From: Zygnema circumcarinatum SAG 698-1b
Taxonomy: Eukaryota; Plantae; Zygnematophyceae
NCBI GenBank assembly: GCA_037447605.1
Contig: CM074806.1
Span: 3,906,001-3,970,000, forward strand
Direction of reading: 5' to 3'
Length of the DNA: 64,000 nt
Positions 11,958 through 25,178 of this stretch are shown here, piece after piece. Position 1 is the stretch's first letter, and every line of letters begins with the position of its first letter. A model generated the notes under the pieces. The model saw only the letters and a list, made by a program, of their open reading frames with translations, searched no databases and was not told the DNA's origin. A program made the translations under genes and the position numbers.

Positions 11958-14900
11958 ATGCGTCCCTCCAGCGTCTCCGCGGTGCTGGCGGGATTCCTGC
12001 TTGTGAGCTCGGTCCACGGCGCCTTCGTCGAGTACAACTTCACCGGTGAGTGAGCGCGCCCTCAGCCCCCCTCAGCCCCCCTCAGCCCCTGCTCTCGCAC
12101 GGCCTGGCCCGCGCCTCTAACGCAAAGCTCGCACGTGCAGTGACTCACGGCTTCTGGGCCCCCGACTGCGTGACCAAGATGATATACCTCGTCAACGGCG
12201 CGTATCCCGGCCCGGCCATCAACATCACAAGCGGGGACACCGTCAGCGTCACGGTCAACAACCGCCTCTACGCGGAGGGCGTCACAGTAAGCCGCCGCCG
12301 CCCCTCCGGGCCCCCGACTTCCAGCCGTTCTCCTCCGGCGCCTCTGCTATTTCGGGACCCGCAGACGCTGACATGCTCACGTCCGTCCGTTCCATGTGTG
12401 CAGATTCATTGGCACGGTATTTTCCAAACGGGAACGCCGTTTTATGACGGAGTGGGCATGGGCTCGCAATGGTTGGTTCAGAGCCTCTCTCCAAGAAGCC
12501 ATGGCTTGTTTAATGTGAAAAACGAGGCTGCGTATTAAGAGTTTTAATTAAAAACTAAAGATTCTAACTGAGGTTACAATGTCTGTGATGCGCAGCCCCA
12601 TCCTGCCCGGCGAGAGCTTCACGTACACCTTCACAGTGGAGCAGGTGGGCACCTTCTGGTGGCACAGCCACTTCTCCCTCCAGAAGGCCAACGGCCTCTA
12701 CGGCCTCCTCGTGGTTCGCCCTAAACCCACCGACCACCCGGAGCCCGCACTGCTCGCGTACGACGAGGAGCTCGAGCCCATGCTGCTCAACGATTGGTGC
12801 GCGCTCACCTCTGCCTCGTTTCAAATATATATTTCATACTTAAGCGCTTTGGTTAAAACGAATCTCATTTTAGCACGGAGCGCAAAAGCTTCGGGGGAAC
12901 GAGTTCAGCCGTCGAGTGCAGCCTTTGGTATACATTTTGGAGGCTCAGGGTTTTGGTACGTGTTGCGGCTGCGCAGGTGGCACACGAACAACGTGGTGCA
13001 GGAGCTGGGGCTGGTGGGGCAGCAGCTGCCTGCGCCGTTCATTTGGGTGGGCGACCCCCTGTCGCTGCTAATCAACGGCCACGGAGTGTACAACTGCAGC
13101 AACACGGACGGGCTCAACTGCCTCACATGTAACTCCAGCAGCCCGTTCTGCGGCTATCCCGTTTTCGAGGTGGAGCAGGGGAAAAGGTGAGAAGTCGGCC
13201 CGTCAGAGCTCGCCACGTGGCTCGTGGCTCTTCCACATATGCTAAGTTTGCTGCTAGAGAAGGCGCCATGCAGCTGCAGCCCGTGACCAGTAAGGATCTT
13301 TCGCGGCCTTACAGGTACCGCGTGCGCCTAGTCAACGTGGCGGCTCTAACCTACATCAGCTTCGCCCTTGAGGGCCACAACGTCACAGGTGAGTTTGGAC
13401 AGTCCGTCACCGAGGTAACCCTCAGTCAAACACGTGTCGATCAGACATAGGTGAGGCGTGTGCTGAATTTAGGCTGAGGACTCGAGGACTGTGCGGCTGA
13501 GTGGACGGAATCCGTTGGGTCGGTTTGGCAGTGGTGCAGGCGGACGGCACGTACACACAGGCGGTCTCCTTTGAGAACTTGGACATCAACGCCGGGCAGT
13601 CGTACTCGGTCGTGTTCACGGCCGACCGGCCCGTCGACAACTATTGGATCACTACGCACGTGCGCCACCGAGCAGCAGGTCCGTCCACTCTCCGCGCCAT
13701 GATGCTTCGAGGCACATAATTGGCTGGTTTCGTAATTTTTTTTAAACAATTGTGGTCTGCTGAGCTGTTGAATCTGTGGAGTTCTGAAACAGAGGTTAAT
13801 GGATTTTCAACTGCCAAAAGTACGTTTGTTGTCTTTCGAAAATGTCGGCCTCTTGGCATGCGGCGAGCGGTTGCCTGCATTATGTCCAGTGGCGGATCCA
13901 GGATTTTTTGCTGAGGGGGGACTAAGCCCTCTTTCAGCATAATTTACAGAAGATAAAAGAAAATAAAAGTAGAATGCTCAATACCTGCGTGGGGGCTAAG
14001 CCCCCCCAACGTGTATATGTAGGTCCGCCACTGATGCTGTCTCAATGTTTAGTTGCTGCAAACTATTTTTTATGTTTATGTTTATGTTTTTTTTCAAAGT
14101 CGAGAATTTGCCTCCCCCCGCGTGCACACATCTCTCACATGCATGGGAGCACGAAAAGGAAAGAGCTGAGCATAGCACGGCGCATTGGCCATGAATGACG
14201 GGTCGCCCGCTTTGCGAGTTGTGCAGGACCAACCGGAGCCGCCATTCTGCGCTACAAAGGAGCCCCCGCGGCCTACCCCGCGCGGGACATTCCCAGCACT
14301 TTCCCCGCATGGAACGACACTGCGTACAGCATCGCCCAACAGCGCAAGATCCTCACGCGAACTGGCTACACGGAAACGGTGCCAAGCGCAGATCGCGAGA
14401 TCATTCTTGTTGGTATGTAGAACTTACATCGATACGTCTGGCTTCTTTTTTATCGTTAAGCTTAAGATGTTTATGCTTGACTTCTGTCAACATTTCTTTC
14501 TTTTCGTTGCTTTCCACAAGGGTTCGTTCAGTTATTGGGCAGGAAATGTCTCTGAATTCCCACTTCCCTGCAGTGTTGATTGGGTGCAGCGGACGTGTAC
14601 GCCACTCTGTTGTCTGTTCTAAAAAATGTAGCTCCTTCACTGGTCTCTTTTTACCTGTCTCTGCCAGTATTGAAAGCACTCCAGAACGTCTGACCTTTGT
14701 TTCTTCTTCTGTTTCGTTTCTTCTCCGCTTTGTTGCGCTTTTCCTCTCCTTCGCCTTCGGCTTTCGCTTTCAAAATCAGGAACCCAAAATCGCGTCAATG
14801 GCTATCTCGTAAGAGCCCTCACCAGCCCTAACCCTAAATTTTGCATGCGCGCCTGCCACGGCGGATGCACGCCCCCTCTCTCCACATTCTCCTGTTTTGT

Positions 14901-16941
14901 GATTGTTACTTGGCCTTAATTCCAATTTCAGTAAATATTACCAGAGGAGGAAGCAGTCAGGATCTGGTGGCTGAGACACCTGCCTGGTTGCGCGGCTGCT
15001 TGTGTGCCAGAGATGGGCGGTGAACAACCAATCCTACGTTCCCCCAGGAACGCCGCCGCTGCTTGAACAATATTACGGCTTGAATCCCATCGTGGATACG
15101 GGCGCGTACGACCGCCCGCAGGTGACATGGAACTACACGAATCCCCTGCTTGCTGAGGGAATCTCCACCAGCGCAAACTTCAAGAGCATCACTTATAACA
15201 TTCCGGTGAGCTCTCAGCCCGTCCTCCTGCAGGCAGGCAAGCAGGCAGGCAGGCGGGCCTTCCGAACAGTCCAGAGTTGGCTCGCTTAACCGAGCTGGGT
15301 CTGTACGGAATGGCTCTGGGTTTGTACGACTTAGCTCTTGGTTTGTACGACTTAGCTATGGGTCTGTACGAAATGCGTCTGCGTTTGTACGGTTTAGTTA
15401 AGTCTGTACGAAATGATACTTGGCTTGTACGGCTTAGCTCTTGGTTTGTACGAAATGACTCTGATTTGTGTACGAAGCTACTCTTGGTTTGTAGTTACCG
15501 ACCTCGAGTCTGTACGAAATGACTCGAGCTATACATTTTCCCGGCTAGAGAATGTTGGTCAATACTTGTTATGGCTAATGACTAGCCGTCTGGTTAACCA
15601 CTTTCCTTGTCTTTGGTCACGACGTCTTGCAGCTGAACACGGTGGTTCAAGTCGTGTTCCAGAACACGTTGGCGCTGAACAACGTCAGGTGAGCCCTGAA
15701 CTGAGCCTCGGCCTCGGCCTGGCTTTTGACTTTTTCCGCCTCATAGGGCTTGCCTTTGCGCAGTACTGGTCAAATGAAGCACTCAACTTCAAGCTTCAAC
15801 TATAAGCTTCAGCTTCAAAGATTTTAAGCATTTTAAGCAATTTTACCTCCAGCAGGCTGCAGCTTTGCAGACGGAGTTATCCATAGGGTCCCAACTTAAT
15901 ACTCTCGCTCTCCGAAACTAATGCTTGAATGATTCACTTGATGGTGATTAACCCGTGATATTGCTTTTGGATGAACTGCAGTGAGCAGCACCCTTGGCAT
16001 CTTCACGGTCACGATTTCTGGGTGCTCGGATGGGGCAATGGAGTGTATAATCCAGTGACAGATCCCGCATCTTTCAACCTTGTCAATCCCATCAAACGGA
16101 ATACCGCCACTCTTTACCCGAAAGGCTGGCTTGTTATCCGCTATGTTGCTGACAACCCCGGTAAGTGTAGCGCTTAAATGACATGACAGAATGACGAACA
16201 GCCCATCACTACTTAGTGAATTGTCCAAAGAAATTGTTCAATCTTTATCAGCTACGTCTCTGGCTTTTGGTTAATTCATGCTAATGGAACTTGGTACCGC
16301 TGGCCTGTATCTAAATGTACTAGAGGATAAGCCGCCGTAAATGAACTTTTGCATAGTGCGAGAGTATTGACGGCGTGTTGGGTGGGGGTGTTATTCCTCT
16401 GTTCCTTGTGTTCGCAGGCATTTGGCCATTCCACTGTGTAAGTCCGCATCGCCTGCTCGCTTTCTTCTGAATCTCCTGAATCTTGAAACACTCTCGAAGT
16501 TGCAATTCTCAGACTTGAAAGCCAGTTCCATGCCTGCGTTCTGTGGTAGGGGTCTCGCTCAGTCTCCCTTCCTTCACACATGTATACTTCCATCTCCTGC
16601 CCTCCATTTCCTCCTTTGCTGCATGTCCAAGCCATTCATTGGTCTTCCATTCAGCTACTGTTGTTAACAGCTTTACTTCCTCTCCTACCTGTGTGCAGCA
16701 TATTGTCTACCATTTGGTGTTGGGCATGCAAGTCAGTTTCGCCGAAGGCCTGGATCAGCTGCCGCCTCTTCCAGCAAACTTCCCAACCTGTGGCAGCATC
16801 ACTTCTGATATCATCAAGGCCGGCTTCCCTTCTTCCCCTCCCCCTCGCCCTCCCCCTTCCCCTCGACGTGGGGGCAAGCACCCCCCTGGAGTGGGACACC
16901 ATCCTCCCGGCAAAGGGGGACATAAGAAGTTCGGGGGTTAG
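11958..16941 (+). CDS. Secreted multicopper oxidase, L-ascorbate oxidase-like
   Basis: Signal peptide [21 protein letters not shown]. All four Cu-binding motifs appear after splicing: [23 protein letters not shown] and WPFHC|[10 protein letters not shown], with Met as the T1 axial ligand. Also [17 protein letters not shown]|RWAVNN and C-terminal FAEG...FPTCG as in ascorbate oxidases. Confidence 0.92.
13887..14033. mobile_element. 147-bp MITE with CAGTGGCGGA TIRs (hAT/Tip100-like), intronic
   Basis: Left end cagtggcggatcc, right end ggtccgccactg (10-bp perfect inverted repeat). Flanks attatgtc/atgctgtc match at 6 of 8 positions, a possible decayed TSD. A related copy lies at 25013. Confidence 0.75.
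15296..15520. repeat. 21-bp minisatellite with TGTACG core in an intron of the multicopper oxidase
   Basis: GTAC at 15303, 15324, 15345, 15366, 15387, 15406, 15427, 15448, 15470 and 15512, with a GTAG variant at 15491. Unit is approximately ctcttggtttgtacgacttag. Confidence 0.9.
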
Positions 16942-18134
16942 GTTTGAAGGCGTTTGGGTTATTGCTTGGGGAGGTTTCATTTTTGTCCATTTTTTATTCA
17001 ACGTGCGGTATGTTGACCGTGCATTCGTGCAAACAGCCTGGTCAAAGCATGCATGCAATGACACCAAGTGTTCTTCGCAGACACCGTTTTCTCCTTTCAT
17101 AAACGAAGCGTATGTCTTCAATGTTCGTGCGTCTTTTGTTCTGGATGTGACTAACTCCACGATGCCATGGATTGGAATCTATGTTGTGTGTTGATCTCGT
17201 CATGCTTTAAGGTCTGAGCACTTTAGGCAATCTCGCACCGGGGAAGGTCTATCTTATAAAGAGACCCTATGAAGCGAAATGTACATCCCGCTGCATTTCA
17301 ATGAAAATCAGACGCATGGACAGTACAGATTCTGTTGTAACTCCATCCATGGATTTACCACCAGCCGTGTCTCCTCCTCCTGAATCTCCAGTCTCAGACA
17401 TTTCAGACATAAGACAAGCTCAACAGATTGAGAAAAGCCCCGCCGGCCCAAAACTCTTGTTTTCAATGAATGAGTACAAGGTATGTAAAGCAGTGCCACA
17501 CTACTTGTCCCTCCTTGCACTAACCCACACATATCCCATAAGCACCTGCCCTGGCTACAGCCAAACGTCTCAGCAAGCTCTCTGAAAGCGGCTAGATCGA
17601 TTAAGGGTTCAAGCCGTCAGAAGGCTGACTCCTTTGCGTGAGGATGCGGCGCCACACTTCCTGTACATCTATACTGTCCGTACACTTCATACACCAGGTA
17701 AAAGTGGTACGGTACAGTACAGCACGGTACAGTACGGTATACTCGGACGTCCGTACACATGCGCCTCTAACACATGCAAGGCGCATCTAACCTCCCTAGA
17801 GAGTCTATGTCCCAAAACGTTGTACAGTCTCTAGTGCTGTACAACAGATTCTAATTTCAAATTTGTAATCCGACAGGTAAACTCGACCCCCCTTAATAGA
17901 CAAGTTTGCTTCGTCATTATCTACACACACGCATATATAGATCAAAAGAACAAGATGCATGCATGCACGTATGCATATATATATAGATGCATACACCATG
18001 ACAATGTGATTGCTTTTATCTTGGAGAATGATAACCCACCCCTCCCCCCATTTTGGATACCCCCCCCCCCCTTTTAATTGAGTTATTGAGTTGTTGGAGT
18101 TTTAGAGTTTTCCCCAGTTCCTTTGGATCAGTTC

Positions 18135-18210
18135 CTCGTGATTCCTCATGCTAATTTTGTCCATCTACATTTGATGGCCTCGCCATCGTGAGACCAATGC
18201 CACTTCCACT
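18135..18210. repeat. Dispersed hairpin element, copy 3
   Basis: ttcctcatgctaattttgtccatctacatttgatggcctcgccatcgtgagaccaatgccacttccac aligns to 35867-35936 and 62558-62631. Confidence 0.75.
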
Positions 18211-18960
18211 TTTCGCAATGTGATTGCAGTGAATGATTGATTCGCGATGAATTCGGTAAACGACAAGAACGAATTCCACCATAACCTGTAATGGCTAAGC
18301 GGGCCCTCACAGAGCCCAGAAAACATGGCATCTCTGTGATGTTTAAGGCATTGTTGTTTGAGGGCAAACTGGTTCCCAAATCACCAATCGAATAATTCAG
18401 TTCATACGTTGAGGCGGAAGCCCTAGAAACTATGGAAACTCGAAGAACCCTAAACGGACATCAGATATCACAAGGACACTTTCAATCACCACGATCCAAA
18501 GATCAAAATACAGAAGAAACCGAGTCTTGCTTCACATGCGAAGCAGGTTGAACTTTGAATGTCAAAACTTCACGTGATTAAGCTTTCAAGAGTTATACAA
18601 ACCGTACAGAAAATTTCTCTGTCCTTCGACCCGAGAGTTGTACTGGGCCCTTTCATTTTTCTGGTACATATGATGCTTACACGCCATAACAGAGTTACGA
18701 AAACTGGATGCCTTTGTGGGCAAAATGGAACGTGTCCTAACGGGACAGCAACTGTACACACACGTGCAGGATGAGCTGCAGGGTTGAAATAGGTTCGGAG
18801 GTCAGCCTTTGGCCGCCTCTGTTTCAAAGCTGAAATCTTTCGACATGTTTGCTGCTATGTTCAGGCGGCTAATGGACAGAGCTTCTTGAAATGCAGGAAG
18901 CTTTAGTGCAAGCCATTTCCGGTACTTACAAAGGATCCAGTCCACTGCAGTTCGCGCAGT

Positions 18961-20778
18961 CTATAAGGACCCAGCGAGCCTTTCTCGGAAGTCTTCTGCC
19001 ATTTTTGGCAGGCCTTCTCGTAATGCAATCTGTCCCCACCTCCCCATACTATCAGAACCTCTTGAAAGAAATCTACCAAACTGCGACTGCATAAATGACC
19101 TGCACCTCTTCATTCACAGGTGCAAATATAAAGCTTGAAAACGTTACTTCATCAGTTGAGTTTCCTTCTCTTTCCTCCTGCGCAAAAGTAGGATAATCCA
19201 CTGAGCCATGACAAGCATATAGACAGTTGCAGAGGTTTGCCCCCTAATGCGCTCGTGCTGTGCAATCTCACCTTAGGCTCCCATCCAAGAAGTTCTCTGG
19301 CCTTTGTAATGTCCGGCTTCCGTTGCTTGGGATCATCGGGTGTGTTCTCCACAATCGTCCATGTCGCCTTGGGTTCAATCAACTGCACTTGCAGGTCAAG
19401 GATAGTCACTATCACCATCGGATCTATGAGGGTAAATCACCAGTCATCCCGCTAGTTTCAATGTTCTTGACAATGCTATTACTAATTGCGATCCTTTACA
19501 GTGCAAAAGCTCTTCCGATTCGAAGCTAAAAATAGTATAGTACGTACTTCTTTGACTGCCTGGGCCAGCTCCAGCATGGTAAATTCACCTGATTTCGCCA
19601 TCACAACATGTTGGAGGTCATCAGCACCAACCCCCTCCTTTCCACGCAAGCATCCCATCTGCTTTCCAGCAAATGCATATGCTACACCATTATTCATATC
19701 CATATGACACATCACCTGGATTGCCGAGATTGATGGGTCCTGTGTGTGGCCCCTCCATGAGGCGGATAAGGCCATCTACCTGCACCAACATGCTGCACAT
19801 TCAGACATGATCCGAGAAGAGCCTCTCTACTTCATATCTTCCAGAGAAACCGCTTTACCACCTAGTATGCGCTTATCAACAGCTCCTAGACATGTTTCGG
19901 ATTCACGAGTGTCCAGAAACAAGAGAACATTTGGTTGTTTACAAGCAAAAGTTCGACAAGGCAGAACTTCAGGTAATCGAATTTCCCCTACTTGAAGACG
20001 GTTGAAAAAGACCCATACCAAATCTGACACATAGCAGAAACTCCGAGTTTGAGTCCCAGGGCTCTGAACGGTCAGCTCCTCTCCTCTGCAACCCAAATAT
20101 CAGAGGCTCATATTCAAAAGTTAGGCCACCAACTACATGGTTGACCCGCAGGTGATGTCTCCTATGGTCATGATGGATGCACATAGCACAATCAAGTTAA
20201 AATGCAGGGGATTCTGCAAGAACGGGAATCAGCCAGGCAGAGTTTGCAGTCACGGGAGAAGAATGGAGAGAGATTTAGGAGCCATGGAATATATGCAAAA
20301 AGGAAATTCGTCTCTTCATGAGGCAAAATTAGCTATAACAAAGTACTCTTTCTATGTGCTAAAGCGTGAGTTCCATGCATGCCATGGTTCAAACCAATTC
20401 AGTAGATAGCGAAAGGCTGTGCCGAACAGAAGGTTGAGATGTTCTGCAGACCCTTTCCCTGACTGCTGGATGAGGAAAGGGCATAACTTAGGACTTTTCC
20501 AGGCCAAAATTGCTGCACCTGATGGCTTGCGCAATGAAGTTGCTGACGACTCGCCCGTCATCAATGTTCATGCGAGGACCGTAAGTGTTAAAAATCCTCG
20601 CCACTCGGATTTCTGTAATGTGTTCATCACATGGGCAGAAAGAAGCAGGACCCATTCTCAGAAACTATATCCAAAAACCTTGGTGTATCCAACAGAGCGA
20701 GAGTGAGCGGAAGAGGGAGAAGAGAGAGAGGGAGAGAGAGAGAGAGGAGAGAGAGAGAGAGTGAGTGAGTGAGTGAGT

Positions 20779-20814
<36 letters not shown>

Positions 20815-23800
20815 CGGACAGTCCTAACAAACAACCCGCCTGAGGGGGAGAAAGTCACAAGCTCACACCTATGCCATGTTGGCGGTGATAGTCAAACATT
20901 AATGTTTCTGCGACTCGCTTCCCCTCATCGTAACAGCTCCGCACTCCTGCCATGGCACGCTTCAGAAACAAAGTGAGACGCGGGCACTGCAGGAAGAGAA
21001 AACTGCAAACCTTCTGACTTGCTTGTTGTCTCTTTTGCAAAGCGATAGTGAGTGAGCAGAGCACGCTTTCAGTTAGTCATGCGAATGTCTTTGGATAGAC
21101 TATGATTCCGGCTCTGTTGCAGCAATTGAGTAAGAGCTCTGATCAACAGAATCCAGATCAGAGCTCCTTCCGCTAAGGAGCTAGATTCAGTTGGAAGGCT
21201 TTCGTGTTTGCATATTTTTTGTGCATAGCACTGCTCACACGCTTGGGATTCGGAATGTGGAGGATCAGCCGTGTGGTCAGATCAAGCAGAAAAGGAAGAG
21301 GGGAAACGGTAGATGAGCAGATCGCGTGTTGATTGCGAATAACCTAATGATACGCCAGGCGAGAACGGCTTGGTAGCTTTATAAACGTCCGTAGCAACGA
21401 GAGAGCTGAGCATACTATCAAGGAATACGAAAAACCGGCTGCACGTGCGAGAATGAGGGCTGACCAATTGGGTTGACATTGCCCCAGTACTCCTCTGTCT
21501 GAGGATGAACCAAAGGGTCACCATAAACCTCCGATGTTGAAGTCAGGAGTATCCTGCAATGCAACAGAAACTCCGCTGGAGAAATCAAAATCCATATGTA
21601 CAGGACATAAACCTTGTCCAGCTGATCAGCGCTTTTCAGAAGGCAGTCTTGAACGCCATCTCTCAAATTCCGGATTCCATCTTCCAAGAGAAGGTGATGA
21701 TCAAATTAGGAACTTTCTGTTCTTGAAGATATGAAGGGTACCTGGCTCCCACGCGCTTTGCCAGACCGAGCATGTTCAATGTGCCTATCACATTTGTTTT
21801 GATCGTCTGCGCACAGGTCAGGCGTAATAAGCACCCTTCCAATAACTGGTACGCGGCCTACTCTCCCGTACTTTCGACATCATGCGCCTCTTTGATAGCT
21901 AACACAACTAAGTTATCAATTTGGAAGTAACATTGCCATTTGGCAGCTAGATTTTGCGGTTGAAGTGAATGGAGAGGAGTGTACCTTCACTGGATTGTGC
22001 TTGTAGAAAATTGGGGAGGCCGGGCAAGCAAGGTGGTAGATCTGGTCCACCTCCAGCAGGAGCGGCTCAGTCACATCTGCACGACAGTATGCAGAGTCGA
22101 TTGGACCAACTAAAGAAGCTGTCTTTATACCAAATGTCTTAGAATCCCTGGAGGCTTGTAGCAGTATCTTATTCCTTTTCACGATTTCATAACGCTAGGG
22201 TTAACGCAGGGAGCACGCAAACATCGATCAGCCACCTTCAGCAGAAGCAAGAATCAAAAGAATGAAACTTCAATTCCTCGGCAACAGTAAGCCTGTCTAT
22301 CTTTGAATGAGGGGAGCGAGTTCAGTCTCAGTTGTTGAGTGAGAATGCTTTCAAGAAAGAGGAAGAATCGACTTATGCCTGACTATTGTATATTTGTAAT
22401 GAAGCACGTTTTTAACTAAATTGTCCAGCTTTTACTGAAACGATAAAACTGAATTATCGTGACGCGTATCATACCAGTCATTCGAATTCTTTTTGGTTCA
22501 ATAAAACTCATGTACATTCATTTTTTCCCACTGCTGCTGTAGCTTAAGCTGAGGAGTGTTTTAAAAGTTACTTGCAACAACTAAAGAGTCAACGAAATCG
22601 CAAACCAATCCAGACCAGTGCGACACTGCCATGAAAAGCAGCAGTTTATGCTGCACTAGCGGAGAATTCGAAAAGGAAAAAACTGTAACTAATTGGCTTT
22701 GAACATAAAGAGGATTTAGTAGTTTCATATAGAGTAAACGACAGGGAGCAATTTAGGATAAGCGTGAGCCAAAATGTCAAAATCATAGAAGCAAACAGGT
22801 GCAATGAGGTTGGCTCTATTTTCTACCACAGTAATTCACCGAGAGGAGTACCACTTGGTGCATTCCTTTGGCGTTTTTGGAGCATGAACTTTCTTGAGAG
22901 CAAGCTTAACGTGAACTTTGCTTCACCTTTGAACACGAAAACGGAAAAAACGAAAAAAGAGAAAAGAAATCCCATACACGTGTGCAAGTTGACATCCGAT
23001 TATGGCGATATACCCCAGTCCGAGCTATCTGAAGCTCCAAAGCCATGGAGGCGTTGAAAGCCTTTTTCCTTTGGATGGTTTTTTCTTTGTAGTACTCAGC
23101 GAGAGAAATTGTTATGTAGTAGGGTTCCAAAAATGTGAAGGTTCATTGGCTTCCTCAATCAATATCTCTCTAGAAGAACATTTCCAAAAGAAAGAAAGGT
23201 TACCATGTCGTATGATCTCAAAGTCGGGATGCTGGTACCAGCGCTTCACATTATCCTTGGTTCCCGTAAAAAAATTATCGGCGACGATAACCTACAGAAA
23301 GAAAGCCCTTCCAAAGAAGTCATACTCGAGAAAACTCCTGCATAGGCTGAATGAAGACATGTAAGGCTACCACTCGATTGGACATTCCAACATATGAGGC
23401 AGTGGCAGGCAAAACGATGCTTTACTCTTTCAGTTCAAAAAACTGAACAAGCGTACCGAGTGGCCCGCTTCCATCAACCTGTCGACCAAATGTGAGCCAA
23501 TGAACCCCGCGCCCCCAGTCACAAGCACGCGCAGCTTCATCTGCGAACTCAACGAACAAAGAGAAGCCAGCACCGCCCTAAGTGCATTGAAATCGCCTTA
23601 TCTAAAGAATTCTGCCAGAAGGGAGAAGGCGGAATTGAACACGCCTCAATTAAAGTCAGATTGACAATTGGATTGCTCCTATGCTCCGCTCTGCTATGCA
23701 GGAGAGAATATTGCTCCTAACCTTGGCATATTTTGACTGCCGGTGTGGAGAAGGCACAGGAGCGTTCCTCTTCGCTGCCGCAGCATCTGCAGAGCCGTTT

Positions 23801-23823
23801 GCGTCGGGAATGCTGTCGCCCAT
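18961..23823 (-). CDS. UXS: UDP-glucuronic acid decarboxylase (UDP-xylose synthase), cytosolic type
   Basis: Exons MGDSIPD...[128 protein letters not shown] and [22 protein letters not shown]. Confidence 0.95.
20700..20815. repeat. (GA)n/(GAGT)n microsatellite in a UXS intron
   Basis: Directly visible purine-rich run of di- and tetranucleotide units. Confidence 0.9.
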
Positions 23824-23994
23824 GGCTGCAAGCACCTGCACAGGATGGCCCCGCAGCCGCCCTTGTTCACAGCCTACAACCTGCCCCGAGCCTTCTTCCC
23901 TCTTTACCTCCCCCCCTTCTGCAGCTCCCTCACCCTAAACCGGCATAGCATTCTGCTCCTGCAGCCCCTCAAGGCCCTCTCTGCCCACCTACCG

Positions 23995-24038
<44 letters not shown>

Positions 24039-24671
24039 AAGAAGGGAGGGGAGGGGCCACGTGGCAGAAGGAGAGTAACGCAGGTGCCACTGTAGCCTGA
24101 CGGGCAGGCGGCGCCGGGCAGGGGAAAAAAGGTCGCAACCGATCGCGGCGCGGAGCGGGAGGGGCGCGGGCGACGCCGATTGAGCGAGGGCCGTGCACGG
24201 GCAGCCGAAACTTTCAGACGGACGTAACGGCCGGCGACGGAGTCGAGTCCTTGAAGCGCCGCCGCGAGGGGGAGGGCGGGCGAGGCGAGGCGAGGCCGCG
24301 GGGCCATGGCCATTGGGGGCCGCGCGGGAGCATGTGGCGGTGGGGCGCTGGGGATGAAGGAAGGTGGGTGAGGAGAGAGGCTGGTGAGGGAGAGTGAGGG
24401 TGTGGCGCAAGACCCTAAAAACCCTTTTGTACCGACCGGAGCATGTATGGCCGCACGGAAGGGCCCAGCGAGGCTCTCTCTACTCTGCATGCGTCGCCCG
24501 GCGCAGTGCATGCGCTCTCAGTGTTATCCGCCTCGGAATTGTAGGAACGGGGATGGTCGGGACCGAGCTAGGGGACCGGCCGCCATTGTTGGGGGGGGGG
24601 GGAGGGCCCGCCATGGCTGCTCGCTCGATAGCCTCCTCTCTCCAGCTGCCATCCTTAGCTAGCTTTCTTTT

Positions 24672-24773
24672 CTGCCATGAAAGATATTGCCGTGTTCCGA
24701 AAGCTCTGCAGCAAACCACACAAGAAGTATCGTTGATTGAAGAGAAAGACAGCTAGAAAGGAGCGAACGTAGA
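24672..24773. repeat. 102-bp direct-repeat copy of 25754-25855 (splice acceptor plus start of a terminal exon)
   Basis: ctgccatgaaagatattgccgtgttccgaaagctctgcag...gagcgaacgtaga is identical to 25754-25855 except for two A/G differences. Confidence 0.95.
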
Positions 24774-25012
24774 AAGGCTACTTCTAAGCTCAACACGAAA
24801 TTCCAAGTTCAAATTTCCCTTCTTGCATTGAATCGATGGCACCAACACACCAGCACGTGTTCTCGGTTCACGCACAGTTATAAAGTGACATGCTTTTCAG
24901 AGTGAGAGCAATGCATTCAAAGGGAGAAAGAACACTTGCCGGAACATGCCATCCTTCACTGCAATCGCGAGCCTTAGCTGGGCGAAGAGGTTTCCCTCTA
25001 TTGACCTTCATG

Positions 25013-25178
25013 CAGAGGCGGATCCAGGATTTTAATTTAGGGGGGGCCTAACCAGCGATTTGAGAAAATAATCTGATATTAAAGTGTATGTCTGCTATTC
25101 AACCTTCAAACGCGAGCAGCTTTTCAAGATATGAGAGGGGGCTAAGCCCTCCTACTGACATCCGTGGATCCGCCACTG
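25013..25178. mobile_element. 166-bp MITE with CAG(T/A)GGCGGATCC TIRs (hAT/Tip100-like)
   Basis: Left cagaggcggatcc, right ggatccgccactg (12 of 13 match). Flanked on both sides by cttcatg. Shares internal gggggctaagccc with the 13887 copy. Confidence 0.85.

Noticed and set aside
15277-15805. Heptad-repeat ORFs ([12 protein letters not shown]...)
   Set aside because: These are translations of the 21-bp minisatellite inside a well-supported intron, and the frame shifts at the 19- and 22-bp units.
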